A stretch of DNA of 64,000 bases, taken from a virus. The position numbers and the translations under genes are program-made. Location of the stretch: IMG/VR virus record IMGVR_UViG_3300047557_002984, positions 1 through 64,000 of that record, one strand, 5' to 3'. The notes under the pieces were generated by a model that was given only the letters and a program-made list of their open reading frames with translations, was not told where the DNA came from and did no database searches. Below, one piece after another: positions 45,640 through 57,720 of the stretch (positions within the stretch are counted from its first letter, which is position 1; the number at the start of each line of letters is the position of its first letter).

Positions 45640-45683
45640 AGGTGAAAGGTGCCCCGGATTCTTGCGGTTAAAGAGGTGGCCTT

Positions 45684-48600
45684 ATGCGGACGATGCAACA
45701 GTTGGAAGACGATCTTTTGATTCAGGAAGCGCAACGGTTCACGAAGCTGGCCAAGAGTGCGATTGACGCACTCAACGCGGACGATGCTTACCAATTCGCC
45801 AGAAAAGCGGCGGCGCTCTGGCAGCAGGTCAACACGGTTCGCCTCGCGGTGAACGCGCTGGACGCGCTGGACGCGGCGAAAGTGGAAGCGACGCAGGCGG
45901 ACGCCCGCGAGATCGTGATCGAAGCGACGTCGCGCGGTTATCGCACGCGCTTCCCGTTCAAGCCCAGCGATAGCGCGATTCGCGGTTTCCATCAGGCTGG
46001 GATGGCTTGGCAGGGGTCGCAACGCGACGTTTACTGGACGATTCCAGCAGGCAAGCTGGAATTGGCGCAAGACATCATCCGCTACTGGTGGGAGGAAGAC
46101 CGGGGCGACAAACAGAACCGCCACAATTGCGCGCCTTACGTGGTGCGCGTGGCAGTGGAAGAAAGAAAGGCGGCGTAATGAATTTTATTGAGCTGTATTT
46201 TGACGCGCCGGAGCCAGAAACCTCCGTACCGCTAAATGTACAAGGCTTCGCGCCGCTACTGCCTAATTGTCCTGTATGCGGGGAAGAAATGATGCCATGG
46301 GGTAAGCGCAATTGGCGCAGGCGCGGAGAGGCTTCTTACGTATGCAGGGCCACTCACGAGAGAGCGGACAAGCTTTGGCGGGAAAGCGACCTGACTGAAG
46401 TGGAAGCTGCCGTAAAGACGGCAAAGCAAAAAAGTGACGACGAGTGCCCATTTTAGCCTGGCTCATCAAACTTGGTAAGGAGATTGATATGAACGCGAAG
46501 CAACCAACACCGGAACCTTGGGCGGTGAATCCGATCAATCCCACCTTCGTGAATGGCCCGCCCGGCTTCAATCACGATTCGGATGGCGATTGGGCAATTT
46601 GCCAAACGTTCGGGCCTGACGCGGAGGCGAATGCTGTGCTGATCGCCGCGTCGCGCGACATGTTGGCGGCGCTGGAAATGGTCAGCGATGAGCTCCACCA
46701 CCGCGCCAGCGGTAATGATGGGGAAAGTCGCTATGAATGCGCCGGAGCGGGACACTGCCCGAAATGTACTGTAGACGCTGCAATCGCAAAAGCCAAAGGA
46801 GAAACATGCTAACCACACGCACACCACGCACGCAATTTGGCTGGGTGGCCACGGATGAAGTGACCGGCGCATATCTGCTGCCGCTCACGTATTGGCAAGG
46901 CGCGCAGCCACCCCGCTACCTGCTGGCGCTGCCGGTAGACGGCGACGTAATGAACCACGACGCGCGACGCTACGCCACGATCAGCGCACCAACGCTGGAA
47001 AGCGCGATGCGGGCGGCGGATGGCGTAGTGAAGAAGTGGAGGACGCAATGAGCATTGTTTTGAACCCAACAGATCACCCGGCGGGCACGGAGTTCATCCA
47101 TGCAAGGGAAGGCCAGATGGTTAGCGACGCAATTACGCGCTGGTCAGAGGGCGGACGGCTGCAAATCAGATCAAAAGGGTCGCTCTATTGGTTTTTTCCC
47201 GCAGGTGTGGAAGTGCTGGAAATCCTGCCCCCATCGCCAACGCCAAGCACGTCAGTGGACTTCGCGGAGCTTGTTGATGCGTGCCGGTCGCTGGACGCGG
47301 AGCTTCTCGACGAGTACGACAGCGAGGCGGTCAACGCGGCGCTCCATCGCATCCGCGCCATTGTGGGCAGATGCGTCAAGATGCCCCAGGAAGGTGGCAC
47401 CAATGAGTAAGGAAAAAGACTTGCTCGCGGAAATCGAGCTCCAAGAGGCAGTAATCGCGGAGGCAACCGAGCGCCTGGAAGCGCTGCGCGTGGAGGTTTA
47501 CGCATTGCAACTTGTAGCCCGTCACAACAAGAAGCCAACGGCTGCGATGTTGGACGTGCTGGCCAAACTCGCGGCGGGCGATGCTGTGTGTCGTTTCGTT
47601 GGCACTCGGAACTGGAAGTCGTATTACAGGCTTCTTAGTACAGATGATCGCGTACCAACGTCCGCTATAGACGGACTGAGAGAGCGCGAATGTATCCAAT
47701 GGCGAACCGAAGAGCGCGCCAGCCAAGTCGCCCGCATCACAGACCACGGGCGCGCAGTGCTTGCCAAGCACCAGAAAGGTGGCGGCGATGCCCAATGAGT
47801 TTTACATCGTCAACTCCGCCACCGGGCGCATCGTGGACGGCTTCCCGTCGTTCGCGGAAGCGGAGCGCGAATGCGCGTGGTGGTGCGAGCAGCGCCAGCA
47901 GATGTACGTCGTGCGGGAACTGCCCGCACTGAGCTTCCACGAAATGCTGGCGCACAACCGCCGCATGATGGTCGCTCACACTCACAAGTGCCTTAATCCT
48001 AACTGTAACATCGTCTTCACCTGTGACAGCTATATATGCCGCTCCCTAGAGCAGGCCACAGGCGTGGCGTCATCCAATAGAAGGGCAACCTGCGATGAAT
48101 GCTTAAGGTTTGGCCCACGAACGGCGCTTCGCCGTCACCACTAAGTCGGCGGAGTCGCTTTTAACAGTGCCCTTAACCCACCGACCCCCAAGGTGGTGGA
48201 TATGTCAGATCAACCAATGAGCGAGCGCCGCGCGGAAATGCTGAGAGCGGCGCTGGCAATGAAAGACCAGTTTTGGATTGAGATTTTTGCAGGCGTGGAC
48301 AGCGAAAGCGAGGAATCCCCCAATGAGTAAAGCCAAATTGATCAAGCTGGGCACGCAAGAGAAGCCGCTTGACCAGCGCATCGTGAAACCGCAACCCGCG
48401 CAGCGGATCACGGCGGCAACGGTGGCGCAGTGGGTGAAAGAGCGCGAGGGCCAAGCAATCAAGGCGCGCACGGCCTGGAATGCGCTGTTTGTGGAGGTGC
48501 AGAAATGAGCACCACGAGCAGCGACGCGCTGAAACCGGCGCAGACTCACGCAGAGCGCCGGAAGGCGGAATACGAAGCCAAGCGCGCGGCAGATCGCCAA

Positions 48601-49337
48601 GCGCAACTCGAAAGAAACGCGGAAATCCGCGCGCAGTGGAAAGGGGCAGACCAATGATCAAACGGATTATCCGCTGGGAAGCAGGCGGGATTAAATTCGC
48701 CCGTGGCTACATCTTTGGCAATTACGGCTGGTCGGTCGCTGACTACGCCAAGCTGGTCAAGCAGGCGAAGCAAGACTTTCCCGGTCTAACCGATGACAAC
48801 ATCGAACCGGGCAAGGTAGTCAAGTCCACCTACATGAACAAGTTCAAGGTGGTTTCGTTCCCGCTGGAACCAACGCAGGCACACCCAGACTACGAAGTCT
48901 GCGATAAGTGGGACTTTGAACTCGCATAACGGAGGCCGACCAATGAAAGCCGCAACCATACGTCGCATTGATCGCTACGTAAGTCTTTACCGCAACCTGC
49001 GCGCTCGTGTGGATGCGCTGTGCGCCAGTGCGCAAGAGGTTGCTTGGCGCAATCTCGGCAAACTGTTTCTCGCGTTGGTGCGCACCTTCGGCAACGGGCC
49101 GGACGCAGCCAGCGCGGCAATGTGGATGCTAGGCGTCAGTAGATGAAGGAGGGAAAGACGATGACACCGACTCAACACGAATTTCCGGCAGCGCATCCCG
49201 CGCGGCGGATGCTGCGCTTGGCGGCAATGCAGCGCGCCAGGCTGATCAATACCGCCCAATGCGCCGAGCGCACCGCGCGGTACGAGCAAGCGATTGAGTC
49301 ATTGAAGGCGCAGGCCAACATAGCAAAGGCGGCATAG
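45684..49337 (+). CDS. Run of small coupled hypothetical early genes (starts 45684, 46178, 46489, 46806, 47048, 47403, 47788, 48323, 48505, 48654, 48943, 49143)
   Basis: RBSs and overlapping stop/start codons. The 46489-46812 gene has the TP.PW...ANA.LIAA...ML.AL pattern common in phages. Confidence 0.65.
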
Positions 49338-49551
49338 ATGCAACCACCGAACACACAAGGCCGCTTCCTCGGCGTCGTGCTGGCATTCGTCGCCCTCGTT
49401 GCGCTGTGCGCTCTTGCCGCGTGGCGAGGCCATCAAGACGGAATTCAAGGGGCCATCCAGCGCCCATCGCAACACACCATCGGGCGCTAACCGGCGCGGG
49501 GCTGAAATGAGGCGGCCCCGCGCACTCAATAAACCAAGAAAGGAAAATGCA

Positions 49552-49755
49552 ATGTCATCATCATCTGGAAACACTGGCGGCATCGGGCTGGCTGGCGCGT
49601 TTGGGCTGCTATTCATCGGATTGAAACTTGGCGGCGTGATCGCGTGGTCTTGGCTGTGGGTGCTGTCCCCGTTCTGGATTCCGCTGGCGATCTCCGCTGT
49701 GATTCTTTTGGTCGCGGGCGTCATTGCGATTGTTGGAGCATTGGCGCGCGGCTAG
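49552..49755 (+). CDS. Small membrane protein
   Basis: LFI.LKL.GVI.WSW.WVLSP.WI motif of a common phage family. Confidence 0.75.
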   Translation: MSSSSGNTGGIGLAGAFGLLFIGLKLGGVIAWSWLWVLSPFWIPLAISAVILLVAGVIAIVGALARG

Positions 49756-49905
49756 AAATTTATCGCTGATCCTGAAAGGAGGTGAACCGGCACAGAAAGA
49801 CTGTTAGTTGATCGCAAGCTGAAACAACCGGGCGGCTGGCAACGGTCGCCCGAAGAAAGAACACACTCCACCCGCTAGGAGTAGGTAGCGGGAGACAAGG
49901 GAAGT

Positions 49906-50313
49906 ATGAGCGAGCAAGTAAAGCAAGTAACGGAACGCCCCGCATATGGGCGTCCAATTCAGGAAATCGTTGCAGATTTGGCGGCTGAAATTCCAGCCAA
50001 GATGCTGGCAACCAAGACTCTCAAAGGCAAAGAGATCACCTATCTTCCGTGGTATCGCGCCGCGCGAATGCTGGATTACTACGCGCCTGGATGGCAGTAC
50101 GAAATCCGCGACATTAAGCCTGTTGGTGCGCAATGCGTGATCATCGTTCGCCTTTCCATTCCGGCAGCGGAAGGAACTTTTTACCGTGAAGCCACGGGGA
50201 TCGAAGAAGAGAATGTTTCAGGATACGGCGACCCGACATCTAACGCCGAATCAATGGCGTTGCGCCGTGCCGCTGCGAAGTTCGGCTTAGGCCGTTACCT
50301 GTACGAGAAATAA
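49906..50313 (+). CDS. Rad52/22-family single-strand annealing protein
   Basis: Y.PW, APGW.Y, VRL.I, REATG.E and AESMALRRAAAKFGLGRYLY motifs. Confidence 0.88.
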   Translation: MSEQVKQVTERPAYGRPIQEIVADLAAEIPAKMLATKTLKGKEITYLPWYRAARMLDYYAPGWQYEIRDIKPVGAQCVIIVRLSIPAAEGTFYREATGIEEENVSGYGDPTSNAESMALRRAAAKFGLGRYLYEK

Positions 50314-50322
50314 GGAGGAACC

Positions 50323-50781
50323 ATGGCTTCATTCAACAAGATCGTAATTGTGGGCTATCTGGGCCGCGATCCTGAAATCCGCTACACGCCGCAAGGGATG
50401 GCGGTTTGCAGCTTCAGCATTGCGACCACCGAACGCCGGAAAGATAAGTCTGGCGAGTTTCAGGATCAGACAACGTGGTTTCGCGTTACGTGTTGGGGGA
50501 AACAGGCAGAGTTCGTCAATGAACGCCTGCAAAAAGGCAATCAGGTGTACGTGGAAGGCCGGTTGACGCAATCGGAATACACGGACAAGGACGGCAACAC
50601 CCGCACATCACTAGAGGTCAATGCCTCCGACGTGCAACTGCTGGAACGCGCGCAGAAGGCCGATGACGAAGGCCAACCGAACGCCCGGAACGCGGCAGCA
50701 ATGACCGCGCAGCGACCGGCGCAAGCGGCACGGCCAACAGGCAAATTCAGCGGAGCGGATGAGAGTGATATCCCGTTCTGA
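50323..50781 (+). CDS. ssb: Single-stranded DNA-binding protein
   Basis: NK...VG.LGRDPE.RYT, KG..VYVEGRL and the DIPF terminus. Confidence 0.97.
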   Translation: MASFNKIVIVGYLGRDPEIRYTPQGMAVCSFSIATTERRKDKSGEFQDQTTWFRVTCWGKQAEFVNERLQKGNQVYVEGRLTQSEYTDKDGNTRTSLEVNASDVQLLERAQKADDEGQPNARNAAAMTAQRPAQAARPTGKFSGADESDIPF

Positions 50782-50843
50782 TCGCACCACGACAAACGCG
50801 CGGCGGCACGCCCCCGCCGTCGCGCACAAAGGAGGGAGCCACA

Positions 50844-52771
50844 ATGCCACAGCCCACGCTAACTGACGCCATCAATGCCGTGCTTGCCATTGCGCAACGC
50901 GAAAGCCCGCGCGCACGGATCATCTTGCACCAACTAGCGGCGGCACTGAACAACCCCGCCCGCTTGTCTGCGCTGGCCAGCCTGTGCGCCAACGCGAGCG
51001 CAGTGCAGGTGCAGATTGGCGAGGTCAATGCGGCGGAAACCGGAGACGATTGGCCGACGGGAAAACATTGGAGCGCGTAATGGACACCTTAGACACCGCC
51101 GCCAACCTTGCCGCCGTGGAACGCGCCGTTGCGGGCGTGCGCTGGCATCAAGACGATTCGCCCTTGGAATACATCAAAGCGAAGGGCGGCAAAATCATGA
51201 TGTTCAAGGTAGGGCTAGCGGCGGATGAGTATGTTGACAAGTACCGCTGCCGGATGGCGGTGGTGTGGCCAGATAATCGAGGCGCGGCGCAGACATACGG
51301 CGACACTGTGCAAGATGCGGTTATGGTCGCCTTGATTAAACTGGCAATCTTTCACGGATGGAGATCCGACTAATGCGCCGCCTGACATTCGCCATTCTAT
51401 TCGCGCTCGCCTTACTGCTGGCCAGCTACGGCGGCTGCCAGTTTGGCGCGCACGTCGCAACGGAAAGGGAAGAACGATGACCAACGAAACACGCGAGCGA
51501 GATATTTACTTGGCAAAGGCGATGGGCTGGCGGTACGTGCCGCCGGGGCCGGAGACGGCAGAAATGTATGGTGAGGGCGTCCACTGCCTGCGCGATCCTG
51601 AGGGGCGATTCTGGCCCTGGCCGTCGCCTTGGGCGAAAACTGAGGATGAGACGTGGACGCACTTAGCCCCTGATTTTCACGAATGGGAAAGCGCGAAGGC
51701 GAAGCTGCTCCGCTGGTTGGCGGCGGATGAGGCGCGGTTCGAGGCGTTCTATAACGAGATAGACGCGGTCTACGACGAAACTGACTGCGAGAACCAATTT
51801 AGCGTTGTAAGTTGGTCGCGCTTCCTGCTCACGCTAACCCCGGCGCAGGTCGCAGAGGCAGCGGAGAAGGCGCTGCGAGGGATGGAGGGAAAAAGCTAAT
51901 GAACATCACGCCTGAGCAAATCCGCTATGGGCGTGGATTCACTTTTCATCTCAAACTGGAAGTGCTGGTTGAGCAGTGCTTGACCTGCTTTGAAACACAA
52001 TGGAGCGCGCCGACATTCGATTGCCGGTGGCATCGCTTCGAGAAACGTTTTATGCAGACGGCTGACGCCGAAGCGCCGACGCTGGAAAACGCGTTGCGCA
52101 AGCTGGAAGCGGTCAGCGCGATGGAGCAAAGGAGGGCTGCGTGAGCTATAACATAGACACTTGGAAAACGAAAAAACTGATTGATTTGAAGATTCCGCTC
52201 AGTGCTTTCTATAAGCACCCACGCGCGGACTGGCATCCAGAAATTAAGAAAAAGGATGGTAAAACTTTCGTGCTTGTTTGCGGGTGCGATCAAGAAATTC
52301 TTGGCGAGGTTGAGGACGGGATTTTGTCCGTAGTGGTAGTAAACATGGCGGGCGAAGGATCGGGCACTTTTTACAAATGGATACTTGAGCCTGCTTTGTC
52401 GGAATCCACCGGAGAGCTTGAGGCCGTGCTAGTCTGGGAAGGCGGTGATTCTATTTCCAGGCTTACCGTAAAAGACGGTAAGGTTGAAAACAAGGAAATT
52501 GACCTGTAAGGAGGGCAGCATAATGATTACCAGCAAAGTCATCAGTGCATCATTGAGCGAAGGCGACAGGGTAATTCTTGGCCACGTTAAACGAGTCACC
52601 GACGGCCTCGCTTTTCCTGTTGATTGCTCGCACTGCAAGGATGCCGGAACAGAGAACCCCGTCATTGACTCAATCACGGAACTGGGCGGCATTGATTTGA
52701 ATACGAATTTACCTATTTGTCAGGGCTGCGCCGAAGCCGAGGCCGACGAAGCCGAGTATATTCACTGGTAG
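50844..52771 (+). CDS. Six small hypothetical genes (starts 50844, 51080, 51477, 51899, 52141, 52523)
   Basis: RBSs and coupling. Confidence 0.6.
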
Positions 52772-52773
52772 TT

Positions 52774-53667
52774 ATGAAAAACCAAGCCCTTGCCATAGTT
52801 CAATTGCCTGCGCTCGCACAGCGCTTTACGTCTGCCACGTCTGATGACGATCTGGTAGATAGCTGGATACGCGTTAAAGGCTCAAGAAGCACGCACACGC
52901 GCGACGCCTACGGAAAGATCGCTGCTGATTTCCTAACGTTTGCTGGCTGCCCGCTGTCACAGGTCACAATTGATCGGCTGCAAGATTACGCGGACTCGTT
53001 AAAGGAATATTCCGCCGCGACGCAACGCCAGCGCATCTTTGCCGTCAAGAGCTTGCTGAGCTATGGGCAAAAAACCGGCTATTTGCAATTCAACGTTGGC
53101 GCGGCACTGCAAGCGCCCGCCGCGAAAAATGAACTGGCGCAGCGCTTCCTGAGCGAAACAGACATCTTCAAGTTGATCGAGTCCGAGACAAATACGCGAA
53201 ATCGTTTGTTGCTTCGATTGCTGTACGTGAGCGGCGCGCGCATTAGCGAGGCGCTGGCGCTGCGCTGGTCTGATCTGACGCCGCGCGAAAACGGCGGACA
53301 GGTGACGATCTTTGGCAAAGGCAGCAAAACCCGGCAAGTCTTAATTCCGGGTAAGTTGTGGGATGACCTGCAATTGGTGCGCGGGGAAGACGACGCGCCG
53401 GTGTTTACGTCGCCACGTTCAGACGGCAAGCCGTTGTGCCGCAAGTCTGGCTGGTACATCGTCAAGCAAGCGGTCAAGCGTGCCGGGATTAACTGGAAGG
53501 CATCTTGCCAGTGGTTGCGGCACGCACACGCGACGCACGCATTAAAGCGCCACGCGGACATTAAGCTTGTCAGCGCGACGCTGGGGCATTCAAACGTTTC
53601 GGTTACAAACGTCTACTTAGACGCGCAACCGGGCGAAAGCTCGTCAACATTTTTAATGGGAGTGTAA
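52774..53667 (+). CDS. Tyrosine recombinase (XerC/D-like)
   Basis: GARISE, GKG.K.R, QWLRH..ATH and LGH......VY motifs. Confidence 0.93.
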   Translation: MKNQALAIVQLPALAQRFTSATSDDDLVDSWIRVKGSRSTHTRDAYGKIAADFLTFAGCPLSQVTIDRLQDYADSLKEYSAATQRQRIFAVKSLLSYGQKTGYLQFNVGAALQAPAAKNELAQRFLSETDIFKLIESETNTRNRLLLRLLYVSGARISEALALRWSDLTPRENGGQVTIFGKGSKTRQVLIPGKLWDDLQLVRGEDDAPVFTSPRSDGKPLCRKSGWYIVKQAVKRAGINWKASCQWLRHAHATHALKRHADIKLVSATLGHSNVSVTNVYLDAQPGESSSTFLMGV

Positions 53668-53668
53668 A

Positions 53669-55368
53669 ATGGTTCGGTATTTTTGCGATCAATGCAGTCT
53701 GGAAATAAAAGAGTCAGAGACGAGGGAAAGAAACCCTCTTCACCGCCTGACAGTAACAATTGGAAAGGGCGATAAGACGTTGACTGTTGAGGTCGTTGAA
53801 TCCAAAGACGGCGTTGCCAATGCTGGTCATTTTTGCCGCTATTGCGTAATTGACGCAATAAACAAATTGGATGATAGACCGCGCGAGTTGAGACATAACT
53901 AGACTTATGGAGACACGGAGACGGTATGAAACTTGAACTTCTCACCCCCGATGAACTCACGCCCGATGAGGTTGCATCGCTTAGCGAGCAAGGCGTTGGC
54001 ATGGATGACTGGGATTACCTAATCCTTGCGCCATTGGATGCCGTATCGGTTAGAACAACGCGACGCGATGACTGGAATTGGGAGACAGGGCGCGAAGAGT
54101 CGCGTGATGTAGAGGAAATCTGCCCCAATGAATACCTTCTTGAGCGTCTGCTTGTCGGCTGCTGCGCAAATGTTTGGTATCAGGCACGCTTGCGCAGCGA
54201 TGACAAGCGCGCCATAGGGGTGGCGTACCACGCTTGATTGAGCCGGGACAACCTGGGAGCATTTTTTAGATGGACGTTAAATTATGGCCAACAAGTACAA
54301 GCACTTTTCCCACGCTGCCCAACGTGAGCGCCGGAAGTGGCAAGCTTGCTTGCGGAAGCGCGCATACGAGGAAGCCGCGCACCAATCCGGGCAGGTACAT
54401 TACCGGTGCTCGTACTGCGGCAAATGGCATCGCAGCGGACAACTGACCACGCTTATTGCAACAATCCGGCGTGCGCTAACCAGCGGGAGAAAATGGACAT
54501 GAACCAGGATACACACCAAAACTTAGACGAATCCTTAGCGGCTGCCTGCAAAGAGTGGCTAAAAGGCTGTACGTGCGCGCCTGCGGATGCGCCGCAACAG
54601 TGCGCGGAGTGTACCAACGCGTTTCTGGAATCGCTGGTGCATCGCGCGCAACAATTAGGACTGCCTGTTGGAGAGAATGCAATCAATGGCACACCTCGCT
54701 AAGTACACATGCGAACGCTGCGGCGGAACCGGCCAGCAGGAAGCCGGGACGCCTTGCCCACTGGGTTGGGGATACTCTGATCGAGCGGGAACGTGCGACC
54801 GCTGCAAAGGGCTTAGAATACTGGGCAACGTCACGGTGGCGCAAGACGTGCCGCTGGTTGAGGAAATCAACTGGCTAGCGGAAGACGCGTTCTGCGCTGC
54901 CTATCGTATCGGCACGGCGGAAAAGTACCCTGAAATTTTCGCCACCAAAAACGATGACACGTTGATCTTGCGCGACAGCGCGGGCAAGCTGAGCAGTATC
55001 ACGTTTGCCTGCGCGAAAGGCTTAATTGCGGAAACGGCGCGGTACGGCGTGCGCGTGGTCGCATTCAAGCAGGTCGTTGACTTGCAGGAAGCGCGCCCCG
55101 TGTGGCGATGTCCGCAGGAAGGAGATAAGCAATGACACCACACAACCGCTTTATGCTGTACGTCCTCGGCTCTGCCCTTTGCGGAACCGTGGCAATTAGC
55201 ATCTGCCTGGAATCACCGGCAATGCTTTTCGGATTGTTGCTTGGCTGGGTATCGCTAAGCATCGCGTTGCGCCCGTACATTGCAGAGCAATTCCTTATTC
55301 AATCACGTCAAGCAAATGCTCAATCGTCTGATCCTCCGCCTCATCCGCCAACAGGCGCACCGCAATAA
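53669..55368 (+). CDS. Six small hypothetical genes, several Cys-rich (starts 53669, 53926, 54284, 54499, 54686, 55132)
   Basis: CxxC motifs; Y.C..CG.WH in the 54284 gene; DnaJ-like CxxCxGxG in the 54686 gene. Confidence 0.6.
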
Positions 55369-55753
55369 ATAGCCGCTGCGCCTGCTCCCGAAAATACGCC
55401 ACCTGCTCATCGGTGCCGCCGGGGTGAAAGGTGTTGAATGCCTGCGCCGTAGCCGCGCCGATCCCGTGTACCAGCAAATGCAACAATTCGTGCCGGATCG
55501 TATCGCGCGTGTCCTCGGTTGCGCGCGTGGATTCCAGCAACCACATCTGCGCTTTGCGGTACTGCTGGCAAGGCGAAATCTGCGCCACGGTTTCCATCAC
55601 CCCGCCGTCATCGTTGGCTGACATCTGCGCAGCGCTGAGCGTGTCCACGGTGATTGTCCACAGGTCAAGCTTTAGCCGCTTGACTTCTTGCCGGATGAGT
55701 TTGCGCACGCTCTCAGGGATGGACGGGGCAAAACGCAACTTGGCACGCGGCAT
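55295..55753 (-). CDS. HExxH putative metalloprotease
   Basis: TIRHELLH motif. Confidence 0.65.
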   Translation of the reverse strand: MPRAKLRFAPSIPESVRKLIRQEVKRLKLDLWTITVDTLSAAQMSANDDGGVMETVAQISPCQQYRKAQMWLLESTRATEDTRDTIRHELLHLLVHGIGAATAQAFNTFHPGGTDEQVAYFREQAQRLFIAVRLLADEAEDQTIEHLLDVIE

Positions 55754-55759
55754 ATTTCC

Positions 55760-57169
55760 CTACCCTTCCACGACAATGGGCGCGGCAATCGTGGCACCGC
55801 GCGCAGCATCCAGCAATTGAAAGTTCTGTGTCGGCGTTTCCGGCGAAGCGCCGATTGATTGCGCGTATGCGTTGTAACCGATAAGTGATGAGTTGGCCTG
55901 GAAGCGATACCAGGGCGCAAACGGAAGCCGCGTGTGGTAGTGCCCAATGCTGTGCATATACACTCTGCGCTGCTGGTCAATGCGGGCGATATACTTCAAC
56001 AAGGGCACGGTCATCCCGCCAACGCCGCCCTTGTAATAGGTGTCATCACCGTGATGGAAGGCCAGCGGGTAGCCGTAGCAGTCCACGTAATTCAAGTAAC
56101 CATTAACGACGCGCATTTCGATCACATCATCGCCTTGATAGTGCGCCTCAAGCTCTTTGTAGAGCATCCATTCGTAGCTATTGCGGTAGCCGGTGGAAAT
56201 CCTGCGCTTCTTGGTGGTGCGCCCGTGATTGCCAAAAGATGTCGGCACGATGATGCGCTTAAACTCGCCATCCTCTTTGAGCATCTTCAGCCCGCCCATG
56301 ATCAGTTGCTTGGCAAGCAAGGATTCTTCCGTTGGGCTGAGATAGTTTGATTCTTCCAGTTCGTCGTGAATGTAGCCGGTGATCAGATCGCCACCTAGCC
56401 ACAAGATGAGCGTGTCAATTTGCACGTCCTGGCGCTCTTTGCGCACCAGTTTTAGCCCGTTTTGAAAGAATCGCTTGGCCCGCGCGGTGGCGATGTCGGG
56501 GTTGTATTCGTTCAGGTAGTTGATCGTGGACGGCTCTACGCGCTCGCCAACGTGCCAATCGGAAGCCTGCCAGATTGCCGTGGCCTGCCCACCGTTTACG
56601 CTTAAGTCGGCTTCGATTTTGACCGGGCTAACGGACTCTTGCACGGAGAGCAATGCGGATTGCCGCGCCTCGCTTTCCTCAAGCTGGCGCAGCGTTTCAT
56701 CGTACCGCCGCTTGGTTTCCTTTAACTGCGTTTCTAATTGAATCCGCTGCCGGTCGGTGGCCACCACATCGGCAACCGTTGGCTCTGGCGCGCTTTCCAG
56801 CCAGTAGCGCCCGCCATCTTCCCGCAATTGGCCGCTGCCGCGCAGTTCGTCTACGCGATCCAATGCCGCGCCGCGTGTGCAGCCCAGCACGGTGGCCAGT
56901 TCGTCCAGTGTGCGTGGTGTCTTGAGTGCGCTATGTAGCGCGTCTGTGGAAGGCGGTGCGAACGCGCTCGGCATCGTCGGCGCGGGCAGATCATCCGGGC
57001 GTGGCAGGCGCAAATACCGGCACACGCTGTCGCGGTGAACGCCAACGGCGCGTGCAATGGCTGACCGTGACGGCTTAGCATCCCCAGCGGCGACGCGCCG
57101 GTCGTGCTCAGCCCAGATCGCTTTGATTTTTTGCGGGGAAAGCGAAACCCCGACCTTATGAATGCTCAA
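55760..57169 (-). CDS. HTH + coiled coil + calcineurin-like metallophosphoesterase
   Basis: SRSAIARAVGVHR.SV.RYL HTH; SDWH.GE, GD, GNHG, HHGD and GHYH motifs. Confidence 0.88.
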   Translation of the reverse strand: MSIHKVGVSLSPQKIKAIWAEHDRRVAAGDAKPSRSAIARAVGVHRDSVCRYLRLPRPDDLPAPTMPSAFAPPSTDALHSALKTPRTLDELATVLGCTRGAALDRVDELRGSGQLREDGGRYWLESAPEPTVADVVATDRQRIQLETQLKETKRRYDETLRQLEESEARQSALLSVQESVSPVKIEADLSVNGGQATAIWQASDWHVGERVEPSTINYLNEYNPDIATARAKRFFQNGLKLVRKERQDVQIDTLILWLGGDLITGYIHDELEESNYLSPTEESLLAKQLIMGGLKMLKEDGEFKRIIVPTSFGNHGRTTKKRRISTGYRNSYEWMLYKELEAHYQGDDVIEMRVVNGYLNYVDCYGYPLAFHHGDDTYYKGGVGGMTVPLLKYIARIDQQRRVYMHSIGHYHTRLPFAPWYRFQANSSLIGYNAYAQSIGASPETPTQNFQLLDAARGATIAAPIVVEG

Positions 57170-57260
57170 ACTCCCAACCCTTCGGGCACCATTCCGATAG
57201 TGTTCGGCCTGTGAGGAATGCGCTGCTGGCGCGTTGCCAGCCCCAAGCCTGCGCGAGCTT

Positions 57261-57641
57261 CTATTTATTGCATGGATTTTCAGGCAACGCTTCCATTGCC
57301 TGATCCCAACTGTCCGCTTCTTTCATCCGGTGAATGATTGGGGTCTGAGGTTGCATTTGGCGTTTGTGACAGCACCATTTGGCAACGCCCCAAACCGGAT
57401 CGGTGGCGTGTGCGCGGTATATTGGCTCAATGTCTGCCATTCCAAACAGTTCGGCGTCAGCCAACCCCCAAGCAAAAATGTCGCTACAGAACACAAAGAG
57501 GCACACTTGATAGCCATCTCCTACGGGAACCGAATTGGCAAAGATTCTCCCGTCACGAAGAAGCACGGCTAATGCGATCTCTTCATCGAAAAACTCTTCT
57601 CCGTCCACCGTAGTTATAACTTGCGCGCTTAATTCATCCAT
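57261..57641 (-). CDS. Hypothetical protein
   Basis: V.CSD.FAWG.ADAE and WG..KWC...R...PQ patterns of a conserved phage family. Confidence 0.7.
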   Translation of the reverse strand: MDELSAQVITTVDGEEFFDEEIALAVLLRDGRIFANSVPVGDGYQVCLFVFCSDIFAWGLADAELFGMADIEPIYRAHATDPVWGVAKWCCHKRQMQPQTPIIHRMKEADSWDQAMEALPENPCNK

Positions 57642-57720
57642 AAACAAGAAAAACGCCCGCCGCCGTCCGACGCATCCCAGAATCAGCCAACGGCGGGCCT
57701 GTTAGCGTGTCGGGTGAGGA

